This document shows positions 42,182 through 55,782 of a stretch of 64,000 bases of DNA, piece by piece. Source of the DNA: Octopus sinensis. Its lineage: Eukaryota. Both the position numbers and the translations under genes were made by a program. The stretch lies in NCBI RefSeq assembly GCF_006345805.1, contig NC_042998.1, positions 4,154,001 through 4,218,000 of the forward strand. Reading direction: 5' to 3'. Within the stretch, counting starts at the first letter, position 1. The number at the start of each line of letters is the position of its first letter. The notes beneath the pieces were generated by a model. The model had not been told where the DNA came from, made no database searches, and worked only from the letters and a program-made list of their open reading frames with translations.

Positions 42182-45100
42182 TTATGCTCTATATGTAACT
42201 TCATATCTACTGTTGAACTTTGAACTTTTCTTATTATTTTGGTAACTGAGCACCATTGCTGATTATCACAACTTTGCTTTGAAATGGTTTAGTAAATCAC
42301 TTCGCATAGCAATAACAGTTCGGCAAGGTTTTAATGCTTTAATTGTCGTCTAAGTTTGTACTGAGTGATTGTTAGTCCTAAAATATATGGCATAAAAATC
42401 CCCTGCTTAAGCCACAAGTTTGAGTAAAAGTGAAAGAAATAATCAAAAATTGATTGTATTTATCCGATTTTATACAACCCACCAAAACAAATACACTTCT
42501 TGAAGGCCATTCTACAGAGGGTTAATTCAATACTCCAACCACCAACATCACAAAAGAAATAATAATAAACCGGAAAAATACTTATGGGAAACAGTTGCTG
42601 AACTAGCTCCTTTCTGCTTTCAGTTTTGCAAGCGTAATTCTATTTACAAAGATATGCTATCATTCACTTGTATTAGGTTCAGTGCTCTCTCTTGAAATAT
42701 TGCTATCTCATGTGATTAGCATTTAATTTTCGAGTAGCTTGAGTCTTTAAATCATTCAGTTGTTTCAAGAAATATAGCATTATTTACTCAGGAGTGCTAA
42801 AGTTTGAAATTCATCTAGGTATGAGTATTGACTGTTGTTTGCGATGGACAAATTGATGTCTCATTAAAGCGTTGCCTATATTCGACTTATTATATAATCT
42901 GCAGTAAGAAGTAATGATAGAAACCATATTCAAATACTTCATGCAACATATTATGTTACAATTCAATATTTTGTATAAAGAGAGACGACTCGTGTCTACG
43001 CTTTACATTACCTTATTAAAGATAATTGAAATACAGAAAACTGGGCTTTTGAAGGGATGAGTCCGGTTTCATTGCCTTTAAACATGGGTTAGTTCAGTTA
43101 GACATGATAAGAGTTAAACAACAAAACAGCATATTGGAAAGGCAGGGATTTCAAACAACCTCTTTCTTCACCATCTTTAGAACTTATGTTTAATTTAAAA
43201 ATGAATTATGTCTCTTCTGATGAAATGAAGCGGAGGAGTTGATGAAAGAAATTAAGACTGAAATAGTTGTGAGAGAACTGTAATAATATATCTTGACATA
43301 ATATTAAATAATGAAAATATTTGTTGATTTCATGTGAATAGAAATATAATCTGTCTAGTCAATTAAAATCAAAAGATATTGTACTATTTGATCATAACAT
43401 TTGCAATCAAGACTTTTCCTAATGTTAGTCATAAACAACTTACGCAAATTCTAGGAAAAGAAGCACAAAATAAAGTAAATCATATGATTTTAAAGATAAG
43501 GATAAAACTTTGATTGTCTCTTAGCAAATAAAGTGCTCTGTAATGAAACAAATTTAAAAGTAGACAAGAAAAACGATGCTTGCTTCTGGCTAGACTACTT
43601 TTGTTTGGAAAGCAGAAGCTGACTTTTTCAATGATTCACTTTCTAACACATAAGCTGACATTAAAATTTTGAAATATGAATATTGTATATAATTCAGACA
43701 GAAAGGAGCCAAAATAAGTCTGTATGATTTCTAATAATAAGATGTTTTATTAAAATTAGAAATGTTAACAATTATCTCAAAGTCTGAATAGAAATTTACA
43801 AATCTAGTTCAGTCTTTTCAAGACAAAGAAGAAAACGGTAAATAGGTGATCTTATTGTTTAGCCTCAGTTCAGGTTTGTTCGAGAAGCCGTATACCCTAT
43901 ATGCAGTTGATTAATAAAGTTCACACGTCATTCTACTTATGAGTATCGATTTATCTATCCCAATTATTCATAGTATTATGTGCCCAAATATCAATTATCT
44001 ATTGCGTCTTCATTTTAAGATAGTTGGGTGAATTTTGATGGAAATTAGGCGGCTAATTCTATCTGAATGAACGACCTAGTAGGAGATCTTCTAGTAGATA
44101 ATAAATAAACGATGTTAAGGATTTTCACTCGATGTTATGATTTTCACTTGATATTTTCTTTGAAACTGATTAAGTTAGCAGTTCAAGAGAAACAAGTGAT
44201 AGTTGTGAATTACGAGTGAATATTTTTCCGAGGTAGATAGTTTTGTTAACTGGTTTAGTACAGAATATGATGAGAAAATGAAACATGCCCATTGATGGGA
44301 TTTAGGTGGGTTAAGTACGGACATGTTTTGAGGAGCAGAAATATTTAAACTTATTGGAAAGACAAAAAGGCCTTATGCATAATCATTACCTGTTTTTTCT
44401 TAATAAAGTGTTTGCATTGTGCAGGAAAAGGTCCAAGAAAACTGAACATGCTCGATAATGAGCGTGAATTTTGGTAAAATTCAATGAGGAATAATTAACC
44501 TCGGGTTAGTACAATCTTCACTGCATTTAGTGTGGATAAACAATAGTCTAAACTGTTTGCTCACAAAACATGTAGTTGGGCAAAGTACTGCTTTAAATGC
44601 CTCAGAAGAATTAATCGAGAATTAACAGCTAATTCATTTAGTACTGTTTTTAAAGTAGAAGATAGCATAAGTAGATGTAATATCGTAAAATGAATTTAGT
44701 TTAAGAGTTATATTTTGCGAAATTTATGGGAGAAGTAAGATTAGGATTTGTCACCACCCGAAATGTCTGGGTTTGTGCCAAAATTTGAAACCAATATTGT
44801 AAATTCGTGTTAGAAGTCAAGCTAGCAGAATCTTTGCAGTGCCGGAGAAAATGCATTTCTTCCGACTTTACTTCCTGAGTTCAAAAGCTACCGGGGGTCG
44901 GCTTTGCCTTCTATCCTTTCGTGATCATTAGGTCTGATCTATTAGGGTTGTTCTCGACCTAAAGCAAAATAATTCGTTCTATTTTATGCTTGATTATGAA
45001 ACACTACTACAGAGTGACCGTAAAGTCCTATTGAATCAGCGAAAAAAAAATTAGAAAAGGAGGAGTCGATTAGTGATATTTCCATGCATCCGGAGTTTAT

Positions 45101-45525
45101 GGTAAGCCTAAATTAAAGAAAAAAAACCCCCAAAAAACTGACAGCACAACAATCTTTATGTTTGGATTGGTACTTAGCAGTTCAGGTTCTTTATTTATAT
45201 AGTTTTCAACGGTATCTATACTACTTACAAATATTAACGTTCGACTGATGAAGGGAAGCGTGAAACTACCAGGGAGAGTAGAGTTCAAATCTCAATAAAT
45301 AGTATCTCATTCAAGTTCACTGAAATGAGGAGATATTTTCCGGGTTATGAACCTACACATCAGCGTAGCTATTCATTCTATATAAAACATATTCATGCTC
45401 CCGAACATGAATGTATTGTACAGTCTTCTAATTAGCGATTTACACGTCTTCGACAATACTCCATTATAGCATCTCGTCACTTCGTTTAAACTTAGAAAAG
45501 TTCAGTCTTCAGATATAGTCTTACG

Positions 45526-45559
<34 letters not shown>

Positions 45560-45563
<4 letters not shown>

Positions 45564-46435
45564 AACCCACTGACTCTAAACAATACCTTCTATTCACCTC
45601 CAATCACCCAAAACACACAAAGACAAATATCCCCTTCAACCTAGCGAGAAGAATCTGCACTATTGTCTCAAATGACACAACACGAAATAGAAGACTCCGG
45701 GAACTAAGGGCAATTCTTCTCGAAAGACGTTACCCGGCATCACTAGTAGACAACGGAATAGAACGGGCCAAATCAATCAACATTCAAGACCTTCGAAAAC
45801 CCAAACACATCCACAGTACAGTCAATAGCCTCCCTTATCTCTCAACACACAACCCAAGGAATGCAGAAGCTTACACTATTATATACAATAACATTCCACA
45901 ACTAAATCAAGACCCACGCCTGAAAAAAAATACTGGCAGCTCATAAAATAATAAAAAGTAAGAGACAACCTAAATCCCTAAAAAACCTCCTCACCAACGC
46001 AAAATTACACAACACAACCCACCGCCCACCATCAAAAAATGTGGTCGCCCCAACTGCAAGACCTGCATCCACCTCATTGAGGGATCATCGTACAAGTTCC
46101 ACTCGGGACACACATTCATCATAAAAAATAATTTCACGTGCGCATCAAAAAATTTACTCTACGTCATAAGGTGTGAAGGATGCCACGAAGATTACATAGG
46201 GCAAACGAGCCTTACCCTCAGAGACAGAATGACAGTTCACCGACAACAACTGAGGGACCCCTCCACAAGACAGATACCACTAAGTGGACACTTAGACCTT
46301 TGTGCACACAATAAGTCCCCCAAATTCTTAGTCTTCCCACTATACCAATGCTCGGACAACACCACAGACCAAACACGAATAAATAAGGAAAGTAATCTTA
46401 TTCAAAAATACAGACCACAACTAAACATACTCTAA
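45560..46435 (+). mobile_element. Penelope-like element 3' part: RT thumb, Cys-rich linker and GIY-YIG endonuclease (Neptune-like), frameshifted
   Basis: YKPTDSKQYLLFTSNHPKHTKTNIPFNLARRI; KKCGRPNCKTC; NLLYVIRCEGCHEDYIGQT..LRDRMTVH; starts at (TA)n. Confidence 0.92.
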
Positions 46436-46589
46436 CATACCCCCTGGAAACACATCCAGAGCAAGCACACAGGGACGCGCGCACGCTCACAGCATATCGT
46501 GCGGGCGGGCACATGCGCGCATCGGCACGCATAGGACACACTAGCGGGCATTGACCGCACACATACGTGGCATGCACACGCATGCATTA

Positions 46590-46620
46590 TATATATGTAG
46601 GTGATGTATGTGTGTGAGTG

Positions 46621-46658
<38 letters not shown>

Positions 46659-46872
46659 ACGTTGTGTGTGTGTGTGCGCGGGTGTATATATATATGTGTG
46701 TGTATGTGTGCGTGTGTGTGTATGTGTGTGCGTGCGCGTGCGTTGTGTGTATGTGTGTGTGCACGTGTGTATATATGTGTGTGTGTGTGCACTGTGTACG
46801 GGTGTGTGAGTATGTGTGTGTGTGTGAGCATTGTGTACGTATGTATGTATTTACATGTGTATTTGTTTTTAA

Positions 46873-46907
<35 letters not shown>

Positions 46908-47972
46908 GTGTGTGTGTGTGTATATGCATGGTATGTGTGTATATGTTAGTACTTTGTTTGTGTGTGTGTGCGGCATGTAGAGATATATTTGAGTGTGTAC
47001 GCTATAGGTTGTAATTTGTGTGGGGGGGGGGGGTGAATTTTTTATATATATATATATGTATGTGTATGTGTGTGAAAAAATATATGTATGTGCATGTATG
47101 TATGTATGTGTGTATATATATATATATATGTGTATATATGTGTGTGTGTGTATGTGTGTGTGTGTATATTTATTTGCTTGTTTATGTGTGTATAAACATG
47201 TACATTATTTGCATGCGCATTGTGTATATGTATATTGTATGTATGTGTATTGTATATGTATGTGTACAATTAAGTGTATATATGTGTGTGTATGTGTGCA
47301 GTGTATATATGTATATTGTAGGTGTGCTATATATGCATGAATACATGTATGTGCATTGCGTGTATATATATGTATACATTGTGTATGTATGTTATGTGTG
47401 TGTGTGTGTATATATATATTATATGTATGCGTACGTGTATGTGTATGCGTTGTATGTATGTGTATTGTGTGTATATGTGGTACATCTATGTATGTGTATG
47501 TAAACACTATTTATATGTATATGTGTATATATGTATATGCATTGTCTATATATATATATTATATGTATGTACTGCGTATGTATATTGCATGCATATATTG
47601 TGTATGTATATTACTTACATGCTGTATGTGTGTATTGTATGTGTGTATATATATGCTAGGTGTATTTGTGTGATATTTATATTATGTATGTATGTGTGCG
47701 TGTGTTGTGTGTGTGTGTGTGTGTGTGTGTTGTGTGTGTATGTGTGTTATATATCTGTGTATGTTATATATAGATACATATTATATTTGTGTGCTGTGTG
47801 TATATGTGATATATGTGGGTGCGTTGTGTGTGGGTGGGTGTGTTCTGTGTGTGTGTGTGGTGTGTGTGTGTTGTGTGTTGTGTGTGTATATGTGTGTGTA
47901 TGTGTGTGTGTGTGTTGTGTGTGTGTGTGGTGTGTGTGTGTGTGTGTTGTGTGTGTGTGTGTATATGTGTGT
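46590..47972. repeat. ~1.4-kb mosaic (TG)/(TA) low-complexity tract
   Basis: Direct reading. Confidence 0.95.
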
Positions 47973-48400
47973 GACAAACAGACGCTATCTGACCAGCGGG
48001 CACGGACACATCTATTCACACCCGCATACTAACCTCCTGATAACCCCAAAATCATTCATGCATAAAGGGGAAGTATACACCACATTGGCTACTTCCTCTG
48101 TTCTCTCAGTTCAGCCTTTCTGCTAATACAACAGGTCAGTAAAAACATATTCTCGCCTTGTACTTAAAATATTCTGAGATGTATAAAAAATCCATTTTAA
48201 TTTTTGCTGTCAAAAGGCTGTATATATATACCGAAGATTGTATATATATACATGTAATGTGACAATTTGCGACAACCAATAATTAACGCAACCAATTCCC
48301 AATAATATATTTGTTTTATCCTTTTCTGCCAAATTTTCCCAAATATTCTCATCACACTATTGAACTTCTCTGTTACCAAACACTATATTTATACATGTAA

Positions 48401-48537
48401 TGTGACAATTATGTATAAAAAAACATTTTTGAATTCATAATATCCAATGTGACAATTATGTAAAAACTTTTTTGAATGCATAATATTCAATGTGACAATT
48501 ATGTAAAAACTTTTTTTGAACCCATATTATTCAATGT
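48401..48537. repeat. Minisatellite, about 3 x 43-47 bp
   Basis: TGTGACAATTATGTA..AAAC.TTTTTGAA..CATA.TAT.CAA units start at 48401, 48448 and 48491. Confidence 0.85.
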
Positions 48538-48668
48538 TTCCTTAAATGTAACTTTTGACAATCTTTTACCAAAGAGTGAAACCGGTTAAGTAAATAAACA
48601 TCGTTTAAATTGCATTTTCAAACCTTTTTTCTTATATAATCCCACTCGTGCGATACCCCACAACTCAA

Positions 48669-48710
<42 letters not shown>

Positions 48711-48857
48711 CACAGTTTCACACACCCATACACACAGGCACACACATGTATATATACATACATACATACATACACGTAAATATCGAACCATGAGAATGAG
48801 TGCTCAATACCGCATTGGTGGATAATGATTCTTTATTTGTGCATTAAGGATACCAGT

Positions 48858-49136
48858 GAAGGCTTGTGGCTTAGTGGCTATAGCATCTGTCTGACGATCG
48901 TAAGGCCGCTATTTCAATTCCTGACGACGCGTTGCTCCAGTCCATTCAGCTGGCAAAAATGAGTAGTAACTGTATTTCAAAGGGCCAGCCTTGTCACGCA
49001 GAATCTCTCTGAGAACTACGTTAAAGGTACACGTGTTCGTGGAATGCTGAGCCACTTGCACGTTAATTTCACGAGCAAGCTGTTCGCTTGATCGTGTCAG
49101 ATGGGACAGTCCTCATCGTAACCGACAGAGTGCTCC
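48858..49136 (+). mobile_element. tRNA-derived SINE family C, degenerate
   Basis: GTGGCTTAGTGG A-box, TTTCAATTCC B-box-like, GTTGCTCCAGTCCA.TCA shared with the family D head at 52.2 kb. Confidence 0.7.
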
Positions 49137-49281
49137 TCCTTCATTAATGCTACCATTGGTTTCATATCGAGAAAGCTTTTCAAGGCGATCACTGGTATAC
49201 GTCTCCATTTTGGGGACACACACACACACACACACATTTATATATATGCATATATATATATATATGCATATATATATATAT

Positions 49282-49321
<40 letters not shown>

Positions 49322-49365
49322 TATATATATAATATATATATATATATGCATATATATATATATGC

Positions 49366-49431
<66 letters not shown>

Positions 49432-49516
49432 ATTCGAGACAAAACCACTATTTTGCAAAACAAACAAGGAAAGACTTAATCAATACATAAAAATTTTAAT
49501 ATAAAGAAATAAACCG

Positions 49517-49559
49517 CCACTACAATCGTTTCATGTCTTCAATGACATTCGTCAGGTGG
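49517..49559 (-). ncRNA. Mirror copy of the hammerhead
   Basis: Exact reverse complement of 49629-49671. Confidence 0.8.
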
Positions 49560-49628
49560 ATTTTCGATCTCCTAATCTGTTTTTAATTTATGACTTCATA
49601 AATTAAAACAGATTAGGAGATCGAAAAT

Positions 49629-49671
49629 CCACCTGACGAATGTCATTGAAGACATGAAACGATTGTAGTGG
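49629..49671 (+). ncRNA. Minimal type I hammerhead ribozyme with complete core
   Basis: CCAC CTGACGA ATGTC attgaa GACAT GAAAC gatt GTA GTGG: stem I CCAC/GTGG, GUA cleavage triplet, self-complementary ACGAUUGU stem III. Confidence 0.8.
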
Positions 49672-49784
49672 CGGTTTATTTCTTTATATTAAAATTTTTA
49701 TGTATTGATTAAGTCTTTCCTTGTTTGTTTTGCAAAATAGTGGTTTTGTCTCAAATTATATTATATATATATATACACATATAT

Positions 49785-49833
<49 letters not shown>

Positions 49834-49848
49834 GCATATATATATATA

Positions 49849-49915
<67 letters not shown>

Positions 49916-49948
49916 AAGATATAAATATATATATATATAATTATATAT

Positions 49949-49982
<34 letters not shown>

Positions 49983-50467
49983 CACATAGATATAAATATA
50001 TATATATATATATCTGTCTATCTATATATATATAAGTATGTATGTATGCATTCATACACACACATACACACAAATACACACACACATATATATATATATA
50101 TATATTTATATGAGTGCGTTTGAATGCATACATACATATACACATATACATACGAAAGGAGCGAAGGAGAAAGGAACATTAAGTAAAACAGAGGAAAAAA
50201 AAAACTGAGGACAGTCGGAGAGAAAGGTTTATTATTACAATAAGTATTAATGATACTATTATACATTTTAAAATCTTCTATGGAGCAGTCTCTGACAGCA
50301 GCATAGGTTTTTAAAAGCTTTCAAAAGGCTACAGGATTGCGATGGCCAAGACACATCTATTTAAAAATTCAATTATATGGTAACAGTATTATCATAGTAA
50401 TGCAATAACTTTTCCTAGTATAGGAGAAAATGGGCTTCTTCAGCAGCGTTCTACTACTACTACTACT

Positions 50468-50560
<93 letters not shown>

Positions 50561-51054
50561 ACCATTACTACTACTACCATTACTACTACTACTACTATTT
50601 TCACTACTAATATACACTACTACTACTACTATTACACATACACACGTATATACATACATTTATACATACATATATATATGTGTGTATATATATATATGTA
50701 TATATATGTATATGTATGTATATATATATATATATATATACACATATATATATACATGCAGACTTATAAATCACACGACACATATACTCACAAATACAGA
50801 CATGACAAAAGGATGTACATATTTGTGTACACAAGCACACACACACACATACATAGACACACATATGGACACACATACACACAGAAATATATGTATATCA
50901 TTGCCTCATACACAAACATTCAGCTTTATCTATATGTGATTGTATGTGTATGTGTGCATGTATATGGACAAACAAGACTACAATACTGTACGCTGACTCA
51001 TACTCATATGTGAGCGTACACACACACAAACATACATACATACATACATACACA

Positions 51055-51115
<61 letters not shown>

Positions 51116-52066
51116 ATACGTGTGTGTGTGTTTATATATATGTATACATAAACACACAGATATAATCCTTGTTTTCTTAGTTATGAACAGAGTGCATACA
51201 TATATACATACGTACATACACACATACACACACACACACATATATATATATACAAACTTCCAGTGAACTTTATACAATATATATGCACAGAGAAAAGAAA
51301 ATACGCAGAAAACACATAAATTCTCTGAAGATGAAAACTAAAATCCAATGAAAGAGCTGTATTTTGTTTTATAAAATCAAATCAAAATAATACAAAACAT
51401 CAACAAACATTACCAAACAAATTTTAGCACAACAAATCAAAGTAAATTCTATTAAAATATCGGAAAAGAGGTATTATAAACTGAAAAAGATAATTTTAAG
51501 TGTTTCATAAAAGAAAATATGTTTATAAGTTTTTTGGTATAAATTTAATTGTCGAAGGCTTTTTGTTAAATTACATGGTGTATTTCAATTTCAAAATATA
51601 GGCAAGAAGTATTAAGAGTAAATTATAAAAAGAATCGGACTTCCAACTAAAATATGTGATTTTGATAAGTTACAGGTGAAAAGGTTAGTGGTCTAGCGTT
51701 AGGAATCCGCGCGCTTACTGCGACGGTTTCATTTCGCTTGAGAAATATTTCTCCTGATGGTACTCCAGTGTGACCGCATCTACATGGCTGAAATAAATAA
51801 AAGAATATTACAAAATAAGAAAAAAAAATGTTATACTCCAGTTTACTCTCTATTCTTTCCGTGGGGTAGGGTAATTATTTTGATGTATTACTAGAGATAA
51901 CTGTCATTAGAAATATGTCATTTATGAAGGTTATGATTTTTTACTCATTTCAGGATAGTCTCTTAGTCGTTCTCATAAAAATACATAACAATTGGGTGTA
52001 TGTGTTTGTCAGTGTGTGTGTGTATGCGTGTGTATGTATTATACGTATAAATAAATATAAATGCTC

Positions 52067-52299
52067 CCTTTTAAAGCCTAGCCAGGCTCATGGGCCTGGT
52101 TTCCCGATTTCTATGGTGTATGTGTTCCCCAACTGGACAGGACACCAGTCCATCACATCGTTATTCATTTGAGTGGACTGGAGCAACGTGAAATGAAGTG
52201 TTTTGCTCAAGAACACAACGCGTCACCCGGTCCAGGAGTCGAAACCACAATCTTACGACCATGATGCTGACACTCTAACCACTAAGCCACGCGCCTCCA
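52067..52299 (-). mobile_element. tRNA-derived SINE family D
   Basis: Minus head GGAGGCGCGTGGCTTAGTGGTTAG, GTTTCGACTCC; tail shared with 7017-7296. Confidence 0.85.
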
Positions 52300-52388
52300 C
52301 GTATATATGTATACACATGTATATATATATAATATATATTTATATGTTGGTGCCTTGGTGTACTTGTATACATGCATATATTCTCACA

Positions 52389-54010
52389 AAGGAGAGGGTG
52401 CCCAAAATTAAGAGGAAACGTTCTCTGTGGAACTAGCTCGTTGCAGTTCAGGCTTCCGCAGCTACAAACCATTTCATGTGAACCTCAGACAACACTACGC
52501 CGACCGGCGTCATCCGCTGCAGTCGTACTGCCATGTGGTGCGCCCTTGTTTTGTAGTGCTTCCTCTCAGTTCGTCGATTTTTGCAATGGCTGAACCGAAG
52601 GAACAGCGTGCTTCTGTGAAATTCTGGTTTTTCCTGTGGAAAACGGAAGCCGAAACAGTTCTCATGCTTCAAACAGCTTACAAGGACGCTGCTATGAGCA
52701 AAACAAGCTCACGAGTGTTTTTCACCAACCTCGTTCAGAGCAACCGTCGACCTCCCGAACGAATGAAAACGTCAGAATTCATGAACTGACATTGGAGGTC
52801 CTTCGCAGAGCAATGGATGAACTTGTTGATATGACTGGAGTGTCCTGGAGTTCTTCCGAACGAATTTTGAGCGACGAATTGTGAATGAAAAGAATTGAAG
52901 TAAAATTTGTGCCTCACTTGCTCACGGAAGATCAAAAGCAGTCACGACTGAATGCGTGTGGTGAACTGAAGGAAGAGTTGGATGTTGATCAGAACCTGGT
53001 GATGAAACCTAGTGCTACGGCTACGACCGGGAAACGAAGCATCAATGAAGTCAATGGAAACATTCAATGTTATCACGTCCTCCAAAAGTGCATCAAGTGA
53101 AGTCCAATATCAAGAAGATGCTGATTTGTTTCATCGATGCGAAAGGGATCGTCCACACTTTATTTGTTCTACCTGGTCAAACTGTTAATCAGACATTTTA
53201 CTTGGCAGTTCTGAAGCATTTGCGAGACAGAGACAGAGGAAAACGTCCCGACCAGTGGAAACGTGGAGAGGATTGGTTCCATCACGACAATGCACCTTCA
53301 CACACCACCTTGAGTGTAAGACAGTTTTTGATCAAAAATAGCATGACCCCGTTTACTAACCCACCCTATTTACCCGATCTTGATCCTTGCAACATTCTTT
53401 TTGCTCTTTCGAATGAAAAACATCCATAAAGGAAAAAAATTGTAGATGTGGAAGAGGTGACAAAAACGACGTAGGCGTAGGAGTAGCTGTGTGGTAAGTA
53501 GCTTGCTTACGAACCACATGGTTCTGGGTTCAGTTCCACTGCGTGGCACCTTGGACAAGTGTCTTCTACTATAGCCTCGGGTCAACCAAAGCCTTGTGAG
53601 TGGATGTGGTAGACGGAAACTGAAAGAGGCCGGTCGTATATATGTATATATGTGTGTGTGTGTTTGTGTGTTTATATCTTTGTGTTTGTCCCCCCAACAT
53701 CGCTTGATAACCGATGCTGGTGTGTTCACGTCCCAGTAACTTAGTGGTTCGACAAAAGTGACCGATAGAATAAGTACTAGGCTTACAAAGAATAAGTCCT
53801 GGGGTCGATTTGCTCGACTAAAGGCGGTGCTCCAGCATGGCCATAGTCAAATGACTGAAACAAGTAAAAGAGTAAAAGAAAGAGACGGAGGTGTTAAAAA
53901 GCATAATTTCGCAAGAGCTCTGGGATTGTTTCTAACAGTGGAAAACGCGCCTGGACCAATGCATTGCTTCAAATGGAGAATACTTTGAAGGTAATAAAAG
54001 TGTAGAAATG
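52389..54010 (+). mobile_element. Degraded mariner (DD34D) transposon split by a SINE
   Basis: MAEPKEQRASVKF..KT.AETVLMLQTAYKD; KFVPHLLTEDQK; FHHDNAP; PPYLPDLDPC; after the SINE, QWKTRLDQCIASNGEYFEG. TIRs not clearly recoverable. Confidence 0.88.
53473..53880 (+). mobile_element. SINE family A inserted in the mariner
   Basis: Full head-to-tail match to 15007-15419. Confidence 0.92.
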
Positions 54011-54452
54011 TAAAACTAATTATCTTTGCAATTTCGGCTGGTTATACTCGAGATTGCTCCAATCTGGCCAGCCCCAAAGAAAAATAAGCTAAGGGACGAA
54101 AAAAAAGCAGAAATGTTACACAAATATAAATAACAGGATATAACAACAGGTGTCTTTCGACTAAGGACGAATTTAATTAAGCTGGCGTGAGTGGAATAAA
54201 GTCTAACGGCAGGGACATAGGATTTAAACAGCACAGGAAGGAATATAGATGTCAGCCGAAATTGCAAATATAATCTGGTACTCGACTGAGGATAGAAAAC
54301 TCCGAATGATCCATCCTTGTTTTCCTTGTATCGTCTGTCTGGATATTTGTTTTCCTTTTTTTTTGTCTCGCCTAACTGTCTGGATTTTTGCGTTCTTGTC
54401 CCATTTTTGTATTTTTTATATATATAATATAGCGGCGTATGTACACTTTGGT

Positions 54453-54550
<98 letters not shown>

Positions 54551-54643
54551 ATAGTAAAATGTAACAACAAAAGAATGAGACCTCAATATTAGAGAAATAG
54601 AGGAACATTTATAAATGTTATAAATTAGAACTAACAATAAAAA

Positions 54644-54721
54644 GTTGTCATTATAGTACTCGGAGTCTCGAATGTTGGAGCGAAGAGCTACAATACATTC
54701 TCGTCGGCTATTAATGACAAC
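54644..54721 (-). ncRNA. Degenerate type I hammerhead with a long stem I
   Basis: Minus GTTGTCATTAATAG CCGACGA GAATGT..ACATTC GAGAC tccga GTA CTATAATGACAAC; two core substitutions. Confidence 0.6.
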
Positions 54722-54841
54722 AGATGCTTCGAAAAACAGTTAAATATAAGGGAAGTGACTCTAATAGGTGGAAAAAGTGAAAAGGAAAATGCATAAAATA
54801 TGTATATAGAATATATATATAAACAAATTATAAATATGAGC

Positions 54842-54917
54842 AAACGAAAAAATTTCTAATGCCAAATATGCCGAATATAATTCTTCGGCATATTTGGCAT
54901 TAGAAAATTTTTCGTTT
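54842..54917. repeat. Palindrome, 34-bp arms (1 mismatch), 8-nt loop
   Basis: AAACGAAAAAATTTCTAATGCCAAATATGCCGAA tataattc TTCGGCATATTTGGCATTAGAAAATTTTTCGTTT. Confidence 0.9.
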
Positions 54918-55739
54918 TCCTTTATTTATAAGTTGTTTATAATTCAACTTTTAAAGGTATTTTTTAATATGCTGGCCATTGATAAAATTTTTTTTCGAAA
55001 AAAATTTATCCTACATTAGATATAAATTTAATATTCTCACAATACATAGACATAAACCTCCTGCGTTCACAACGTCTACATACGTACATGCTCGCACACA
55101 CACATATATATATACATACATACATACATACAAATATACGTGTATATATATATCCAACAAAAACTCACTACTTGAATGGACCATAAGCAAAACTTGACTT
55201 AAACAGGATTCAAATAATCCTATCAGGTGGTGCTATTAAGTTAGATATGGCCTGGACCAATCTTTGGTCGAAACATATCTAAGTTTATCTAAGTTTATAT
55301 ATATAATTATACGAAAAATCTTGAACAATATATGGGGTAGCTGTATAGTAGAAAAGAACCCGTCCTCTCCCTCTAGCGTCGGGTCCTTGTACAGTAATAC
55401 CTTAGCTTTCAAATGCTCTAAGGTTTTCAACACTCTGTCAAGCAACTTCAATGATGTTTGATGAGCAAATGTATCTGTTTCAAAGAACATATGAACGGAT
55501 GTTTATCTGAGACACTAGAATGGAACTACTTCGTAGACGGAAATACAAGAATCAGGCCTACTCAGCTCTTTTGTACACCTGTGGCGTTCAAGGCAAAGAA
55601 AAACGGTAAGTGAATATGAAATCAAAACCAATCACGCTAAAGTAAAGTTCCAACATAGCCGTAACCTCTGCCTCAAAGTACTAAAAGAAAAAATATATAG
55701 AATATATATATTATACACATAGGTGTGAATACATGTGCT

Positions 55740-55779
<40 letters not shown>

Positions 55780-55782
<3 letters not shown>

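Larger units (their letters stand above)
49432..49757. repeat. Near-perfect palindrome, ~162-bp arms, 2-nt spacer, embedded in (TA)n
   Basis: Centre TTATGA CT TCATAA at 49588-49601; one 1-nt indel and one substitution seen between arms. Confidence 0.95.

Noticed and set aside
48030-48080. CTGATAA-CCCC..GGGG-AAGT hammerhead-like string after the PLE
   Set aside because: Two core mismatches and no stem I or stem III partner found
48401-48537. CRISPR-like repeat array
   Set aside because: Direct tandem units without unique spacers in a eukaryotic context; an ordinary minisatellite
54022-54275. 22-bp inverted repeat containing CAGCCGAAATTGCAA
   Set aside because: Has a stem II/GAAA-like half but no CUGANGA core; too decayed to call, and it does not match the mariner's left end as a TIR
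55230-55292. TTAGATATG..GACCA atctt TGGTC GAAA CATATCTAA hammerhead-like fold
   Set aside because: Core CUGANGA and stem I are absent
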